Origin: Mobula birostris
Lineage: Eukaryota
Direction: 5' to 3'
Assembly: GCF_030028105.1 (NCBI RefSeq)
Contig: NC_092372.1
Span: 158,168,058 to 158,232,057, forward strand
DNA: 64,000 nt
The notes under the pieces were generated by a model. The model did no database searches and had not been told where the DNA came from. It saw only the letters and a program-made list of their open reading frames with translations. The translations under genes were made by a program, and so were the position numbers. Shown piece by piece: positions 26,612 through 38,802 of the stretch; positions within the stretch are counted from its first letter, which is position 1; the number at the start of each line of letters is the position of its first letter.

Positions 26612-27307
26612 GATTAGATTAGATTCAGATTATGAGAACACTCAGTCCTCTTTTATTGTCATTTAGAAATGCATACATGCATTAAGAAATGATACAATGT
26701 TTCTCCGGAGTGATATCACAGAAAACAGGACAAACCAAAGGCTAACACTGACAGAACCACATAATTATAACATATAGTTACAGCAGTGCAAAACAATACC
26801 ATAATTTGATGAAGAACAAACCATGGGCACGGTAATTAAAGTCTCAAAAGTCCCCGAGTTGATCGACTCCCGAGTCCCCGATAGCGGCGGCAAAAGGGAG
26901 AAACTCCCTGGCCTAAACCTCCAGGCACCGTCAACTTGCCGATGCCTTGGAAGCAGCTGACCACAGCCAATACTGAGTCCACCTGTCCGAAAACTTCGAG
27001 CCTCCGACCAGCCCCTCCGATACAGCCTCCCAAGCACCATCCTCTGTTGAACGCCTTCGACCTCGCCCTGGCTGCTGAAACAAGCAAAGCCAAGGATTTC
27101 GGGGCCTACTGCTCGAGAGATTCTGGTTACCACACAGTAGCAGCGGCAGCAAAGCGGGCATTTCAGAAGTTTTCCAGATGTTCCTCCGTACTCTCACGTC
27201 TGTCTCCATCAAATCAGGATTGTGCATGGTCCCCTACTTGACAGATAACAGATATTCATCACCAGAAAGGCCGCGTGTGCTCCCGTCGTGCCGCCATCTT
27301 CTCCTCC
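26612..27307 (-). mobile_element. About 700-bp non-coding retroelement, apparently full-length (YY1-type head; AATAAA plus (AATCT)n tail)
   Basis: Homologous to 28345-28924 in the opposite orientation; AAGATGGCGGC at its 5' end (27290-27300). Confidence 0.8.
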
Positions 27308-28344
27308 AGAATATTCTGTATATTTCAATGCAAGTGTCACAGAAAAGGCGGATGTTAGTGCTGAAGATGAGGTAGCTGGTTTACAAACAGAGGCAAAGTA
27401 CAGTCAACAGGATGAGTTGCAACGTAAAAGGTGGACAAAATTGAAAAGGGTGAATACAGGACTGAAGATGTTAGATTTGAATGCGTGCAGTATACGGAAT
27501 AAGATAGATGAACATGTAGCACAGTTACAGATTGGCAGGTATGACGTTGTAGGCATCACTGAATCATGGCTGATAGAAGATTATAGGTGGGAACTTAATG
27601 TCCAAGAATACACATTGTATCAAAAGGACAGGCAGGAAGGCAGAGGGGCAGTTTTGACCTGTTGGTAAAAAAAAATGAAATTAAATCATTAGAAAGGGGA
27701 GACAGAGGGTCAAAAGGTGTTGAATCTTTGTGGATAGAGCTAAGGAACTGAAAGGTTTAAAAAGACCCTGAGGGGAGTTGTATACAGATCATCAAACAGT
27801 AGTAAGGATGTGGTTTACAGTTTACAATGGGAGGTAGAAAATGCATGCCCAAAGGGCAATTTTACAATAGTTATGGGGGAATTTCAATATGTGGGTAGAT
27901 TGGGAAAGCCAGGTTGGTGCCGGATTCCAGGAGGGGATATTTTGTAGTGTCTTTGAGATGGCTTCTTAGAGCAGTTCATGGTTGAGCCCACGAGAGGATC
28001 AGCTTTTCTGAATTGGGCGTTGTGCAATGAACCAGAATTGATCAGAGAGCTAAATGTAAAACAACCCTGAGGGGCAAGTGCTCATAGTATGATTGACTTC
28101 ACCTTGAAATTTGAGAGGGGGAAGCTAAAGTCAGATGTATCAGCATTACAGTGGAGTAAATGGAATTACAGAGGCATGAGAGAGGAGTTGGCCAGAATTG
28201 ATTGGAAAAGAACACTGGCAGGGATGACAGCAGAGCAGCAATGGCTGGAATGTCTGGAAGCAATCTATACATCCCAAAGAGGAAGAAGTATTCTATAGGC
28301 AAAATGACACAGCCGTGGCCAACAAAAGAAGTAAAAGCCAACAT

Positions 28345-28924
28345 GTGTAACTAGGGGCCGTGCACAATCCTGATTTGATGGAGACAGCTGTGAGAAGCAC
28401 AGAGGAACATCTGGAGTAACTTCTGAAATGCCTGCTTCGCTGCTGCTGCTACTGTGCGATCGAGAATCTCCGGAGAGTAAGGCCCCAAATCCTCGGCTTT
28501 GTGTATCGCTTGTTGCCGGGGCTGGGGTCGAAGCGCTCGGCAGAGATGGTGCTCGGTGCTCAGTGTCGAATAGGTGGTCGGAGGCTCGGAGTTTTTCGGA
28601 CAGACTCGGAGTCGGACCGTGGTCGGATGCTTCCAGGATGCTGCACCAGCAAGTTGGCGGCGCTGGAGGTTTACTGTCTGTGTGAGATGATGGGACTTTC
28701 GAGAGACTCTGAGACTTTTACTGTGCCATGGTGTGTTCTTATCAAATTACAGTATTGCTTTGCACTGTTGTAACTATATGTTATGATTATGTGTTTTTTG
28801 TTAGTTTTTAAGTCGGTTTGTCATGTGTTTTTCGTGATATCATTCTGGAAAAAACATTTTAGCATTTCTTAATGCATGCATTACTGAATGACAATAAAAG
28901 GGGACTGCATGTCCTCATAATCAT
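28345..28924 (+). mobile_element. 5'-truncated copy of the 26612-27307 element, inserted in the CR1
   Basis: The host CR1 reads aagccaacat|insert|aaaagc; tail gacaataaaggggactgcatgtcctcataatcat. Confidence 0.85.
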
Positions 28925-29223
28925 AAAAAGCAAACAGAGGACATATAATAGATCAAAAATTAAAGGGAAGTCAGAGGATTGGGAAACTTTTAAAAACCAA
29001 CAGATGGCAACTAAAAGAGTTATTAAGGGGGTAAAAATGGAATGCAAAAGTTAGTTAGCCAATAATATTAAAGAAAATACCAAACAGTTTTTGATACATA
29101 AAATGTAAAAGAGAGGCAAGAGTGGGTATCGGACAGCTGGAAAACAATGTTAGAGAGGTAGTAATGGGGGCAAGGAAATGGCAAACAAACTGATTAAGTA
29201 TTTTGTATCAGTCCTCACTCTGT

Positions 29224-29927
29224 TAGTGTGGAGGAGCAGAGGGATCTGGTGGTACATGTCCACAGATCCCTGAAAGTTGCCTCACAGGTAGATAGGGTAG
29301 TTAAGAAAGCTTATGGGGTGTTAGCTTTCATAAGTCGAGAGATAGAGTTTAAGAGTCGCGATGTAATGATTCAGCTCTATAAAACTCTGGTTAGGCCACA
29401 CTTGGAGTACTGTGTCCAGTTCTGGTCGCCTCACTATAGGAAGGATGTGGAAGCATTGGAAAGGGTACAGAGGAGATTTACCAGAATGCTGCCTGGTTTA
29501 TAGAGTATGCATTATGATCAGAGATTAAGGGAGCTAGGGCTTTACTCTTTGGAGAGAAGGAGGATGAGAGGAGACATGATGGAGGTGTACAAGATAATAA
29601 GAGGAATAGATAGAGTGGATAGCCAGTGCCTCTTCCCCAGGGCACCACTGCTCAATACAAGAGGACATGGCTTTAAGGTAAGGGGTGGGAAGTTCAAGGG
29701 GGATATTAGAGGAAGGTTTTTTACTCAGAGAGTGGTTGGTGCGTGGAATGCACTGCCTGAGTCAGTGGTGGAAGCAGATACACTAATGAGGTTTAAGAGA
29801 CTACTAGACAGGTATATGGAGGAATTTAAGTTGGGGGGTTATATGAGAGGCAGGGTTTGAGGGTCAGCACAACATTGTGGGTTGAACGGCCTTTACTGTG
29901 CTCTACTATTCTATGTTCTATGTTCTA
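29224..29927 (+). mobile_element. Younger CR1 3' fragment nested in the older CR1
   Basis: ORFs 29228-29860 (RPHLEYCVQFWSP, TRGH); (CTATGTT)n tail; the host resumes at agacactagcag. Confidence 0.9.
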
Positions 29928-30294
29928 AGACACTAGCAGTATGGTGGAAGTTCCAGGTGTTGGGTCATGAAGTGTGTGTAGTTATCATTACTAGAGAGAA
30001 GTTTCTTGGGAAACTGAAAGGTATGAAGGTAAGTAAGTCACCTGGATCAGATGGTGTACACCCCAGGGTTATGAAAGAGGTGATTGAAGAGAATGTGGAG
30101 GCATTAGTAATGATCTTTCAAGAATCACTAGATTCTGAAATGGTTCCGGGGGGACGGGAAAATGCAAATATCACTCCACTTTTCAAGAAGGGAGGGAGGC
30201 AGAAGAAAGAAAACTATAGGCCTGTAATTCTGACCTCAGTGGTTGGGAAGATGTTGGAGTTGATTACTAAGGATAAGGACTCAGGGTACTTGCA

Positions 30295-30314
30295 TTAGGG
30301 TTAGGGTTAGGGTT
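30295..30314 (+). repeat. Short interstitial telomeric repeat (TTAGGG)3-TT
   Basis: ttagggttagggttagggtt interrupting CR1 RT-coding sequence. Confidence 0.9.
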
Positions 30315-31282
30315 GAGAAAATAGATAAAATAGGCCCTGGTCAGCATAGTTTCCTCAAGGGAAAATCTTGTCTGACAAATCTGTTGGAGTTCTTTCAGGC
30401 ATTAACAAGCAGGATAGACAAAGGAGAATTGGTTGATATTGTGTACCTGGATTTTCAGAAGGCCTTTGACAAGGTGCCACACTTGAGGCTGCTTACCAAG
30501 CTATGAGCCCCTGGTATTACAGGAAAGATTCTAGCATTGGCTGATTGGCAGGAGGCAGAGAGTGATAATAAAGAGAGCCTTTTCCGGTTGGCTGCCAGTG
30601 ACACATGGCGTTCCACAGGGGTCTGTGTTGGAACTAATTCTTCTTGTGTTATTTATCAATGATTTGGATGATGGAATTGATGGCTTTGTTGCAAAGTTTG
30701 CAGACAATAAGGAGATGGGTGGAGGGGAGCAGGTAGTTTTGAGGAAGGAGAGAGGCTACTGAAGGACATTGACTGATTAGGAAAATAGGCAAAGAAATGG
30801 CAGATGGAATACAGTATCAGGAAATGTATGATCATGCAATTTGGTAGAAGAAATGAAAGGGTTGACTATTTTCTAAATGGAAAGAAAATATAAAAAACTG
30901 AGGCACAAAGGGACTTCGGAGCCCTTGTGCAGGATTCCCTAAAGGTTAATTTGTAGTTGAGTCTTTGGTGAGGAAGGCAAATGTGATGTTAGCATTCATT
31001 TCAAGAGGACTGGCTTATAATATCAAGAATATAAAGCTGAAACTTTATAAAGCACTGGTGAGGCCTCACTTGGAGTAATATGAGCAGTTTTGGGTCCCTT
31101 ATCTTAGAAAAGATGTGCTGAACCTGGAGAGGGTTCAAAGGAGTTTCAAGAAAATGATTCCAGGATTGAATGGCTTGTCATATGAAGAGTGTTTGATGGC
31201 TCTGGGCCTGCATTGAGTAGAATTCAGAAGAATGAGGGGTAACCTCATTGAAACCTATGGTATAGTGTAAGGTTTTGATAGA

Positions 31283-32568
31283 GAATCAGAATCAGGTTTA
31301 TTATCACCGGCATGTGACATGAAATTTGTTAACTTAGCAGCAGCAGTTCAATGCAACACATAATATAGAAGAGGAAAAAAAAAGGTAATAAATAAAATAA
31401 AAAAATAATAATAAATAAACAAGTAAATCAATTACAGTGTACATATATTGAATAGATTTTAAAAAAAACATGCAAAAATACCCCAGAAATACTGTATATT
31501 TAAAAAAGTGAGGTCATGTCAAAAGATTCAATGTCCATTTAGGAATCGGATGGCAGAAGGGAAGAAGCTGTTCCTGAATCGCTGAATGCGTGCCTTCAGG
31601 CTTTTGTACCTCCAACCTGATGGTAACAGTGAGAAAAGGGCATGCCCTGATTGCTGGAGGTCCTTAAATGCTGCCTTTCTGAGTCACCGCTCCCTGAAGA
31701 AGTCCTGGGTACTTTTAGGCTAGTGCACAAGATGGAACTGACTAGATTTACAACCCTCTGCAGCTTCTTTCGGTCCTGCGCAGTAGCACCCCGTCCCCCA
31801 TACCAGAGAGTGGTGCAGCCTGTCAGAATGCTCTCCATGGTACAACTATAGAAGTTTTTGAGTGTATTTGTTGACTTGCTAAACCTCTTCAAACTCCTAA
31901 TAAAGTGTAAAGGGTTTCTTCTTTTATCTTACTGAGTATGTTAATTAAAATGGCTTCTCTGTTATGTTAAATGCTGAGCAAGTCTCTAGCTAGCACTTTG
32001 CTTGGGTTATAACAGATAGCAGAGTACTATGAACCAATGGGTGTCCATGTTATTCTTTCTCGGGGTGATATGCTGTCTCATATGGCTGGGAACCAGGGGC
32101 TTTTGGCGGGGGGTTGGAGGAGAGACCGTGAGGACGACAGACGTGTGGGAAGACTCAGGTTGATCACTCCGGGTGGTCCTGAGCTGCGAGTCGACGGGGT
32201 CAGGGTGGTCCCGAAGAGGTCCCCGAGCTCCAACGTGTGCACGAAGAAATTGAACTTTGATATGTCTGGCGCCTTCTCCATTCCTTTTTTGTATTGAACT
32301 TCATAGATTTAGTAATATCTATACAGTGTAACTGGTAAAACATACATTGTGTGCTGGCTGATGATTGATGTTTGAAGCTGAATCCGGTGGCAGTTGTACA
32401 GCAACCAACATCACCAGGAGACAAGGTGAGCGGAGGATGGGGTTTCCCCCAGATAAATACGAGCCAATATAGCTAAGCGTTACAAAAGTATAGCCGCTGT
32501 CTTGCCACCTTTATAACCACATTGACATGTTGGGATCAGGTTAGATCCTCAGAGATCTTGACACCCAG
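31283..32568 (-). mobile_element. Rex/Babar 3' fragment nested in the CR1 and split by a solo LTR
   Basis: (AATCAG)n tail; NFYSCTMESILTGCTTLWYG; the host CR1 resumes at tgtggagatg. Confidence 0.85.
31906..32484. mobile_element. Solo LTR (579 bp), Gypsy- or ERV-type
   Basis: TGTAA...TTACA termini; 4-bp TSD AAAG (31902-31905 and 32485-32488); the Rex sequence rejoins as ctaataaag|tatagccg. Confidence 0.85.
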
Positions 32569-33391
32569 GATGTGGAGATGATGCTTCCTGTGGTGGGAGC
32601 GTGTAAGACCAGAGGACACATCTGCAGAATAGAGGCATCCTTTTAGAACGGAGAAGAGGAGGAATTTCTTTAGCCAGAGATAGATGAATTGATGAATCGG
32701 TGGAATTCTTTGCCACAGGCAGCTGTGGAGGCCATTTCTTTATGTATATTTAACACAAATGTTGATAGATTCTTAATTGGTCAGGGCATGAAGGGATACC
32801 AGGAAAAGGTAGGAGATTGGGGCTGAGTGGAAAATTGAATCAGCCATGATGAAATGGTGGAACAGACTTGATGGGCCAAATGGCCTAATTCTGCTCCTAT
32901 ACCTTATGGCATTATGGTGTTATATATTGGCAACTATGGCCCCAGGTGTATACTTCGGATTTGCTGCTCCGACTCTCTGCCCTTTTTTAGTTTTAAGATC
33001 AAATTAAACCTCCCGTATTTGATCACCATTCAGTCATTACTTGAATGTTATCTTTTGTAACTGAAGTTGATTATGCTTTCCGAAGTGTCTTGAGACAATT
33101 TTGAGCAACATAAATATAACTTATAAGGTACTGTGTAAAGTCAGGTTCTTTTCTTTCCATTGATATATAAACTTTTATTAACTACTAACCAATTGTACAA
33201 AATTGTTCTTTTCCTGGCCTGGAATATTTGGTAATGATAGTAATTTATTTATAGATGCAAACAGGAGATATTTCTTTACACAGTGAGTAGGGAATCTGGA
33301 ATTCTCAGCCCAAAAGGCTGTGAAAGGTCTTCCAATGAATATATTCAAAACAGAAATTGATTGATTTTAAAAAAACAGTAAGGCACTCAAG

Positions 33392-34490
33392 AGATTCACA
33401 AGAGACTGCAGGTGTTGAAATCTGAAGTTGAAAACAAACTGCTGGAGAAACTCACAGGTCTGGTAGCATCTGTGAAGGGAAATGGACAGTCAACATTTCA
33501 GGTCAAGACCCTTTTTCTGGACAGAAAGATAGGGAGAGACAGCAAATATAATGAACATCGTGCATCGGACATGACAGCATAGTACAATCTCCTCAGCTTA
33601 CAATCACCTTAAAATTTTGCCCCCTTTTGTTAGCTTATTGTCACCCTGGAATAAAACCTATGGCTGTCCATGCAATCTATGCCTTTTATCATCATGCACA
33701 CCTCTATCAAGACATCTCATCCTCCTTTACTGCAAAGAGAAAAGCCCTACTCTCTCAACTCTTCCTCATCAGTCATGCTCTCTAATCAGGCAGCATCCTA
33801 GTAAATCTCCTCTGAACCCTCTTCAAAGCTTCCACGTCATTGCTATAATGAGGCAACCAGAACTGAGCATAATATTCCAAGTGTGGTAAATCAGGCTTTT
33901 ATAGAGTTGCAACATTACCTCCTAGCGCTTGAACTGGAGGTGAAGTTAAAATGTAGAGAAAAAGATGGGAAATGATGATAGAACCAGTGAGGTTGGGTGT
34001 TAGGCAAATGGATGTACAAGTGTGGGTGTAGCAACAGAGGCCAGGAGGTGATAGGTGGAGGCACAAATTGCTGCAGATGATGGAAACTGATAGGAAAGGG
34101 AGGTGGAGCATGAAAAGGTGGAGTGTGCAGATAGGAACAGTAAAGGGAAGGGATTCAGTGGGAGGATAGCTTCAATAATGAGCAGCCAGAGTGAGTGGAG
34201 GAGAGGAAAGAAGCATGATGTTTAGGACGCTGAGGGTGAGTGTAGAATAGACTGGAAGGGATGTGCAATCCAGAGAAGTCGTGGATTGAATGGTCCTTGC
34301 AGGAATTGCAAAGTGTGGGGAGGGGAAGATGCGGCTGTGATGGGATCACACAGTAGCTGGTGGAGGTATTAAAGAATGCCAGATGCTGATGGAGTGAAGA
34401 ACGTGCGGTCTAGGTAACAGGGAACTGCGGGCGATATTGTTCAGTGCAGGTGAAAGGTGCTGGGGTAAGTATCAGCCAACATCTTGATGA
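33392..34490 (-). mobile_element. Decayed PLE 3' region interrupted by a CR1 fragment (about 33600-33925)
   Basis: Reverse complement of the PLE pLTR end; decayed hammerhead at 33487-33524; purine-rich linker. Confidence 0.6.
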
Positions 34491-34520
34491 ACAACAAAGC
34501 AAGCACAAGGAACCACATGC

Positions 34521-34677
34521 AACACACACGAAGTGGTGGAGGAACTCAGCAGGCCAGCCAGCATCTAGGGAAATGAATAAACAGTCACCATTACCTCTCC
34601 ATAGATTGTTGCCCAAACTGCTGTGTTTCTCCAACATTTTGGATGTGTTTCTGGCATCTGCAGAGTCTCTTGTGTTT
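34521..34677. mobile_element. Mini-PLE insertion with inverted halves and a 16-bp TSD
   Basis: acaaggaaccacatgc at 34505-34520 and 34678-34693. Confidence 0.85.
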
Positions 34678-34926
34678 ACAAGGAACCACATGCCTACTTC
34701 TGATAACTTTTCTTATGTTTTTATAATGAGTGAAAACAAGTCTGGAAGATAAATAAAATTAAGGATTTTCTTCAAAAAAACATTAAGCAAATCCGTTGTG
34801 TCCTGCTAATTATTTGATTCTGTAAAAACAGAGTGATTAGCTGTTAGATGTTGCAATGGATAACAATTGAGCTTTGGTTTTCTGTAAAAACCTTCCTACA
34901 AGCTTGATTATTATTGTTTGTTACAG

Positions 34927-34983
34927 AGGGAGCTGATGGGAACAGTATCTGCATTGCAAGACCTTATTAACATAACCAGTGAG
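34927..34983 (+). CDS. PKD1L1: PKD1L1 exon (RELMGTVSALQDLINITSE)
   Basis: ttgtttgttacag| ... GAG|GTAAAG; 57 nt, phase 0-0; follows a 16.7-kb intron. Confidence 0.85.
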
Positions 34984-35872
34984 GTAAAGAAACTCTGTAA
35001 ACAAGCTGAATTTATTTTTTTTAATCAAGAGAAATGCTTGTCTCCTGATTTTTCTGAGGTGGTGCTTTGAGAGCATTGTATTACAGTAGCAATTGGCTTT
35101 CCTTATAGTGATTAATTTGTAGAATATGTTATCAGTCGATTCTTCTAATATTGTTTTCAAAAGCATTTAATGAAGACTCTTCCTTTTCCTGATGCTTGCT
35201 AGTGCTGCTCATTTAGTGATTATTGATGAGCAATGGAATCGACCATTGTCAACTGAGCCAAGTGTAGACTGCAGCTGGAGAATCCAGGTTGGAACCAGCA
35301 TCACTCCTCTTCTAATATGCCAATATCCTTTGTTTTTGTGAGCTGAAATTAGCTTATCATGCTGCAGGGTCTAAACCTATAATTTGGTTCAATCATAGAC
35401 CAGATCCAATGATAGCATTTATCATCTGAGAAAGCTGTCTTCTAATTCTGCCGTTAATGCTTACTGTGCCCTATGGTAACTATTAATGATAGATACTTTA
35501 TCGATCCTAAAGGAAATTACAGTGTCACAGTAGTATTACAAGTGCACAGACATAAATATTAGAAAAGAAGTAAAAAGAGTAAAAAATATAAAATAAGTTA
35601 CGGTACCACGAACCGTCTAACAGGAATCTAATAGGTAAATCAGAGTAAACTGCTATGCATCACATGGTTCTGCTGCACAGTTTGTCTATTAAATATTATT
35701 CCTTTCTGTCATCAATTATTTATAAAAGTAGTCAAAAGTTATTTATCACAAAATAAAAGCATTGAACCCCATGTGTAATACAGGTGAGATTATCTTAAAG
35801 TGCTGTCAAATATGATGTGGGATTTATTTGCTCTTTAGTTAAATGTGTTTTTGTTTGATTTACTCACGATAG

Positions 35873-36082
35873 GTAACTTCAGAAAGTGCTCTGACTATAA
35901 CAAAAAAAGTTAAAGAGATGATTAGACTTTTAAAAAAATCTGGGACATTCAGCCTGCGTGGAGAATTAGTGAAGAAAATAGTCTATCTGGTTGCTGATGT
36001 AATGGGAGTGTCTGACAACAGCACAGTAAATTCAAGGAACCTATTATTTAATGGTCTGGAAGTGACAACTGAGCTTTTATTG
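35873..36082 (+). CDS. PKD1L1: PKD1L1 exon, helical GAIN region (VTSESALTITKKV...EVTTELLL)
   Basis: cacgatag| ... TTG|GTAAGA; 210 nt, open, phase 0-0. Confidence 0.88.
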
Positions 36083-36191
36083 GTAAGAAATGACTAATGG
36101 CATTTTTCTGTGAGATAATCTTCTATAATTCTATATATTCTACAAATTTTATTTTTTAAGCTGGAATATTAAAAGTTGCTACAAAAGTATT

Positions 36192-37440
36192 CCTTGAGGA
36201 TGTAACTACGAAAATGGACATGGGAAAACCAGTTGATGTAGTGTACCTGAACTTTCAGAAAGCCTTTGATAAAGTCCCACATAGGAGATTAGTGGGCAAC
36301 ATTAGAGCACATGGTATTGGGGGTAGGGTACTAACATGGATAGAAAATTGGTTGGCAGACAGGAAACAAAGAGTAGGGATTAATGGGTCCTTTTCAGAAT
36401 GGCAGGCAGTGACTAGTGGGGTACCGGAAGGCTCGGTGCTGGGACCGCAGCTGTTTACAAAATACATTAATCATTTAGATGAGGGAATTAAAAGTAACAA
36501 TAGCAAATGTACAGATGACACAAAGCTGGGTGACAGTGTGAAATGTGAAGAGGATGTTATGAGAATGCAGGGTGACTTCAACAGGTTGGGTGAGTGGGCA
36601 GATGCATGGCAGATGCAGTTTAATGTGGATAAATGTGAGGTTATCCACTTTGGTGGCAAGAACAGGAAGGCAGATTACTATCTGAATGGTGTCAAGTTAG
36701 GAAAAGGGGAAGTACCACGAGATCTGAGTGTCCTTGTTCATCGGTCACTGAAAGTAAGCATACAGGTAGAGCAGGCAGTGAAGAAAGCTAATGGTATGTT
36801 GGCCTTCATAACAAGGGGAGTTGAGTATAGGAGCAAAGAGGTCCTTCTGCAGTTGTACAAGGCCCTGGTGAGACCCCAGCTGGAGTATTGTGTGCAGTTG
36901 TGGTCTCCAAATTTGAGGAAGGACATTCTTGCTTTGGAGGGGGTGCAGCGTAGGTTCACTGGGTTAATTCCAGGGATGACGGGAATGTCATATGTTGAAA
37001 GATTGGAGTGTCTGGGCTTGTATACACTGGAATTTAGAAGGATGAGAGGGGATCTGATTGAAACATATAGGGTTATTAAGGGATTGGACACGCTAGAGGC
37101 GGGAAACATGTTCCCAATGTTGGGGGAGTCCAGAACCAGAGGCCACAGTTTAAGAATAAGGGGTAGACCATTTAGAACAGAGTTGAGGAAAAATTTTTTC
37201 ACATAGAGGGTTGTGGATCTGTGGAATGCTCTGCCTAAGAAGGCAGTGGAGGCCAATTCTCTGGATTCTTTCAAGAAAGAGATAGATACATCTCTTAAAG
37301 ATAGTGGAGTCAAAGGATATGGGGAGAAGGCAGGAACAGGGTACTAATTATGGATGATCAGCCATGATCACAGTGAATGGTGGTGCTGGCTCGAAGGGCC
37401 AAATGGCCTACTCCTGCACCTATTGTCTATTGTCTATTGA
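36192..37440 (+). mobile_element. 5'-truncated CR1 LINE (RT C-terminal half and 3' UTR)
   Basis: 330-aa ORF with FQKAFDKVPH, GVPEGSVLGP and a degenerate CTDD active site; (TATTGTC)n tail. Confidence 0.95.
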
Positions 37441-37576
37441 ATATGTTTCCCTACACTCCGACTAATTATCTGATCTCACAAAATTTGTGAAATAATTCAC
37501 ATTCTATAAGGTATTTTCATGATAACACATGTTCTGTTATTTCTTATAGTGACAGGTGAATCGATGGTTTTCTAGT

Positions 37577-37611
37577 CCCACCCCACACCCCCACACCCCC
37601 ACACCCCCACA
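37577..37611. repeat. (CCCCACAC)n microsatellite
   Basis: cccaccccacacccccacacccccacacccccaca. Confidence 0.9.
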
Positions 37612-38265
37612 AAGGCCTTTATGAAATATTGTAGCTATATCTGTTGAAGGAACATAGAACATGGAATTCAACAGCACTCTAAGTGGCAATAAACAAGGAC
37701 TGAGTGTCCTCATAATCTAATCTAATCTCTGGCAATGACCACTCCCACAATAGTCACTCCACTTGAACCTAGCTTCTTTATATTGGCCCTTGACAAATGC
37801 CGATTAACCCAAGCAATCTAAATCTCCTCAGAAAGTCCTGACAGGCCCTACTCACTTTTTAAAACTAGCACTAAGTATTTATTATTGCTCAGTTCATAAA
37901 CTACTTATGAAACTATTCTATTCTGTTGTGTTTTGCTATATTATTCTTCTGTTTAATATTGGCTTGTTTGTTATATTCAATTATTTTGAATTAAATTAAA
38001 TGAATCCAGAAAATATAAATAATGGAATAAAGCCAAAATGGGCAGCAAAGGGGTATACCAAAGAACATTTTGATCAGGGCTGATCTACAGAAAATTGGAG
38101 GAGAGGATGGGTGAAGAGCAAAGAACTGCTGTGTTGGGCATTGAACTGGGATAAGAGGTGGAATCTGGATTGGGCAACAGCATTTTGGATCTGTGATCAG
38201 GGTTGAAGTCCGGAATCAGCAGACTCAGTTGAGTGGAGGGAATGAAAAGACCACTAAGGGGAAAT

Positions 38266-38802
38266 ATAGAAACATAGAAAATAGGTGCAGGAGTAGGCCA
38301 TTCTGCCCTTCGAGCCTGCACCGCCATTCAGTATGATCATGGCTGATCATCCAACTCAGAACCCTGTACCTGCCTTTTCTCCATACCCCCTGATCCCTTT
38401 AGCCACAAGGGCCATATCTAACTCCCTCTTAAATATAGCCAATGAACTGGCCTCAACTGTTTCCTGTGGCAGAGAATTCCACAGATTCACCACTCTCTGT
38501 GTGAAGAAGTTTTTCCTCGTCTCGGTCTTAAAAGGCTTCCCCTTTACCCTCAAACTGTGACCCCTCGTTCTGAACTTCCCCAACATTGGGAACAATCTTC
38601 CTACATCTAGCCTGTCCAATCCCTTTAGGATTTTATACGTTTCAATCAGATTCCCCCTCAATCTTCTAAATTCCAACGAGTATAAGCCTAGTCGATCCAG
38701 TCTTCCATCATATGAAAGTCCTGCCATCCCAGGAATCAATCTGGTGAACCTTCTTTGTACTCCCTCTATGGCAAGAATGTCTTTCCTCAGATTAGGGGAC
38801 CA
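38266..38802 (-). mobile_element. Young CR1 3' fragment
   Basis: ORF 38356-38871 CR1 C-terminus; (CTATGTTT)n tail; near-identical to 62554-63087. Confidence 0.95.

Larger units (their letters stand above)
27320..32915 (+). mobile_element. Long decayed CR1 ORF2 (endonuclease, RT, 3' UTR) carrying several nested insertions
   Basis: LNACSIRNK/VVGITESWL endonuclease, NYRPVILTS, GVPQGSVL, KFADN, 3' tail ggcctaattctgctcctat. Confidence 0.9.

Noticed and set aside
26765-28773. Cluster of 85-126 aa ORFs on both strands
   Set aside because: They come from a GC-rich non-coding repeat and from CR1 remnants; the frames are not conserved between the two repeat copies.
36738-37313. 191-aa minus-strand ORF
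   Set aside because: It is the antisense shadow of CR1 ORF2.
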